64,000 nucleotides of DNA from Lophium mytilinum (taxonomy: Eukaryota). The DNA is taken from assembly GCA_010093605.1 (NCBI GenBank), contig MU004186.1, positions 1,530,616-1,594,615 of the forward strand, in the 5' to 3' direction. Every line of letters starts with the position of its first letter. The stretch's first letter is position 1. A model generated the notes under the pieces. The model was not told where the DNA came from, made no database searches, and worked only from the letters and a program-made list of their open reading frames with translations. Shown one piece after another: positions 61,737 to 64,000 of this stretch. Position numbers and translations under genes: made by a program.

Positions 61737-62504
61737 AGCATAACAAGCTCAGAGGGACCAAGTTGGAGTTAGTTGTACGTGTCCTCTTCGACGTTGTCTT
61801 GTAGGTAGGCTGCAGGAAGGTTGAAAAAGCAACTGGACCACGTGATGCTTCATCCTCATCTGCCAAGACCTTAGATGTATCCATGCATGAACGCATGATT
61901 TTACAACCTCGTGGAAAGCCTTTACGCGGGACTTGTGTAACTTCCGCAACACTCGGAGGAAGTTCTGTAGTTGACGGACTGAGAGTGGAATTCCACTAGG
62001 CCTCTTGTAAGTGTTTCTTCAACTCTGACCAATGGTTGTTGTTCTAGTGTGTGTTACGGCCGAAATACCGACAGTCGGCGATTGCTGCGTACTTTTTGCC
62101 CGGGCGTGTGTTCATCGTTCGACCCGATCCTCATTACTCCACCCGATCTTCATATGTAGCACTTCGGAAATACGCCAACTTGATCAATGGCTAGGGTGAG
62201 AATACATATATAGGTAGGAAGACATATCCTCAGCTGGTTTCTAGCATCACTCGATTGTCCAACCACCAAACTCCCTAACCATCACTGACAAAGAGCTACT
62301 ACGCTTCAATTAAGCAATTTTAAGTACTTACTACATTTCTACATCTTCCTCCCTATCACACCTATACTTATAGCGTCATCAACCACCCCGACACTAGGGA
62401 CTCGAGGAACCAACCCCAGTACCTCTCAACTGCATCCACCTAATCCTCCACGCAACCGCGCCGTCGCCCACAACTTGCACCTTCGTCCCCAACCTCCCCC
62501 AAAA

Positions 62505-63020
62505 ATGACCTCCCTCTTCCCCCACCCCGCCTACGCCGAAGAACAACCCCACGCCCGCACAATCCTCTACCTCCACGTCATCCGCGCGGGCACGCAAGCC
62601 GCCGCGCTCGTCGCAACCGTCACCGCAACCGCCTCCTCCCTCTACTACCGCCCGCGGTCCCTCGCCGCCTTCGTCCCAAGACTCATAATCCACTCCGCGC
62701 GTGCCGTGCCCATCGGCATCGTCTTCTCTGGTCTCGCGACGGCGGGGCGGATGTACGGGCGCGAGCAGATCGAGTGGCAGGACCGCACGTGGCGGTTGTT
62801 GGAGAACAAGCCGCAGGAGCGGGCGGATTGGTGGGCGATTGGGGGCGGGGTTGGTGGTGCGGTTGCGGGGGTTTGGGGGGTGAGGAGGGGTGTGCTGCCG
62901 GGTGTTGTTAGGGGGAGATATCTTGGGAGGACTGCGAAGTTGGTGCTGGGAGGGGCGGGAGTGGGGATGGGACCGGTTGGGGTGGGGTTGGGACAGGTTT
63001 ATACTGGTTTGAAGGGGTGA
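62505..63020 (+). CDS. Small fungal hypothetical membrane protein with Gly-rich hydrophobic helices
   Basis: MTSLFPHPAYAEEQP..GRMYGREQIEWQDRTWRLLENKPQ..DWWAIGGGVGGAVAG; single exon, biased codon use. Confidence 0.8.
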   Translation: MTSLFPHPAYAEEQPHARTILYLHVIRAGTQAAALVATVTATASSLYYRPRSLAAFVPRLIIHSARAVPIGIVFSGLATAGRMYGREQIEWQDRTWRLLENKPQERADWWAIGGGVGGAVAGVWGVRRGVLPGVVRGRYLGRTAKLVLGGAGVGMGPVGVGLGQVYTGLKG

Positions 63021-64000
63021 CTGCTTTAAGAAGAAGTCGGTTCAAACATGAAGACGGGTGGAGGATTGAAGAGATATGGATGTAATATGAGCTAGTGTAT
63101 ATATGAGACGATGTTTTGAGATATAATGTACAATATTTGTTGGGCCTAGGGACTCTATCCACACAATTTAGATGGATGAATTGCTTCCTTGTCTCCTATA
63201 TCTCAATCCATATATGAGTGATGATGTAGCTTCTTCCACCATATTAAGGCTGAACGGGCTGCATTCCTCCCTACATGGACTACATAGATCACCAATGGGT
63301 TCTGGTCCAGGATCCTTTTTGTAACTACTACTACTTGGTCAAGTGTGTCGGATCTTCAAATCCCCTAACGTCTCAGTACTCTCCTACTGAACCGCAAGAG
63401 CTTCATCAGCTGCCTACAAGGCTAGTACAAGGGCAGAATGAGGGGTTTGACGCTAATAGGCTGCTCGGCATCTCCACTCCGGCGGCAACTCAAACAAGCT
63501 TTGCTGGGCGGGCTCCGAGGACAAGGCACGGCACCACATCCGCACCGGGTTGGCGGCCTGGGCTCCACTCAATTGAACGCCGCAAATTTGTCGTCAGCAC
63601 TTCGACCATGGATGGCAGCCAGAGATGGCCGCAATGCTCGCTATGAACGGCCGGCCTGAGGCTGATAGTCATACAGTCGGGTCTGACAGGCGACGTGAAA
63701 CCGGCCCCCAGGAGGATGTTGCAGCAGGGAGTCTGTCCAACGACGGCGTCCGGTGCGTACGCAATCGGATTTAGGGCCCTAGCCGCGCTCAGATAATGCG
63801 TCGTCATGACTTCCACACACCTCATCTCTTTCTCTGCACCTAACTTTCTAGTCTCTGCTTCGTGTTGCACTGCATCTGTCTCTTCCACTCTCTCGGCTTT
63901 CTCTTTACACGCTCTCTCTGCTTCCTAGCGTTCCTTTGGCGCCTCATACGTAACCAGTTTTCGACCCGTGAACGTGTATACTACTACTACATAATTCCAG

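Noticed and set aside
63275..63646. 123-aa + strand ORF (MDYIDHQW..)
   Set aside because: No domain, and it overlaps an equally plausible - strand frame.

Overview
Eukaryotic DNA from a filamentous ascomycete (Pezizomycotina, probably Dothideomycetes), judged from short GT-AG introns with CTAAC/CTGAC branch points and the gene content. About 22 apparently intact genes. Housekeeping or conserved genes: BTN1, RXT3, FBP26, MRH4, BUD4, RRG9, RGP1, a Zn2Cys6 transcription factor, a DUF2470 protein, a dienelactone hydrolase, a PTH11-like membrane protein and an MpaB-like oxygenase. Accessory features of most interest: (1) a ~225-bp mimp-like Tc1/mariner MITE in three copies, two of which bracket the NACHT+ankyrin exons of a fungal NLR; (2) that NLR's last ankyrin repeat is cut off by a 1-nt frameshift; (3) a tandem pair of disordered proteins sharing only a 28-aa alternating C-terminal beta motif and an identically placed last intron; (4) three tandem F-box-like paralogs, the third truncated against a truncated M20 amidohydrolase at a rearrangement junction; (5) a DEDD-exonuclease-like pseudogene between direct and inverted repeats; (6) repeated sharp C-rich to G-rich strand-skew switches. 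All family calls come from motif recognition and exon boundaries from reading by eye; no database search was run.
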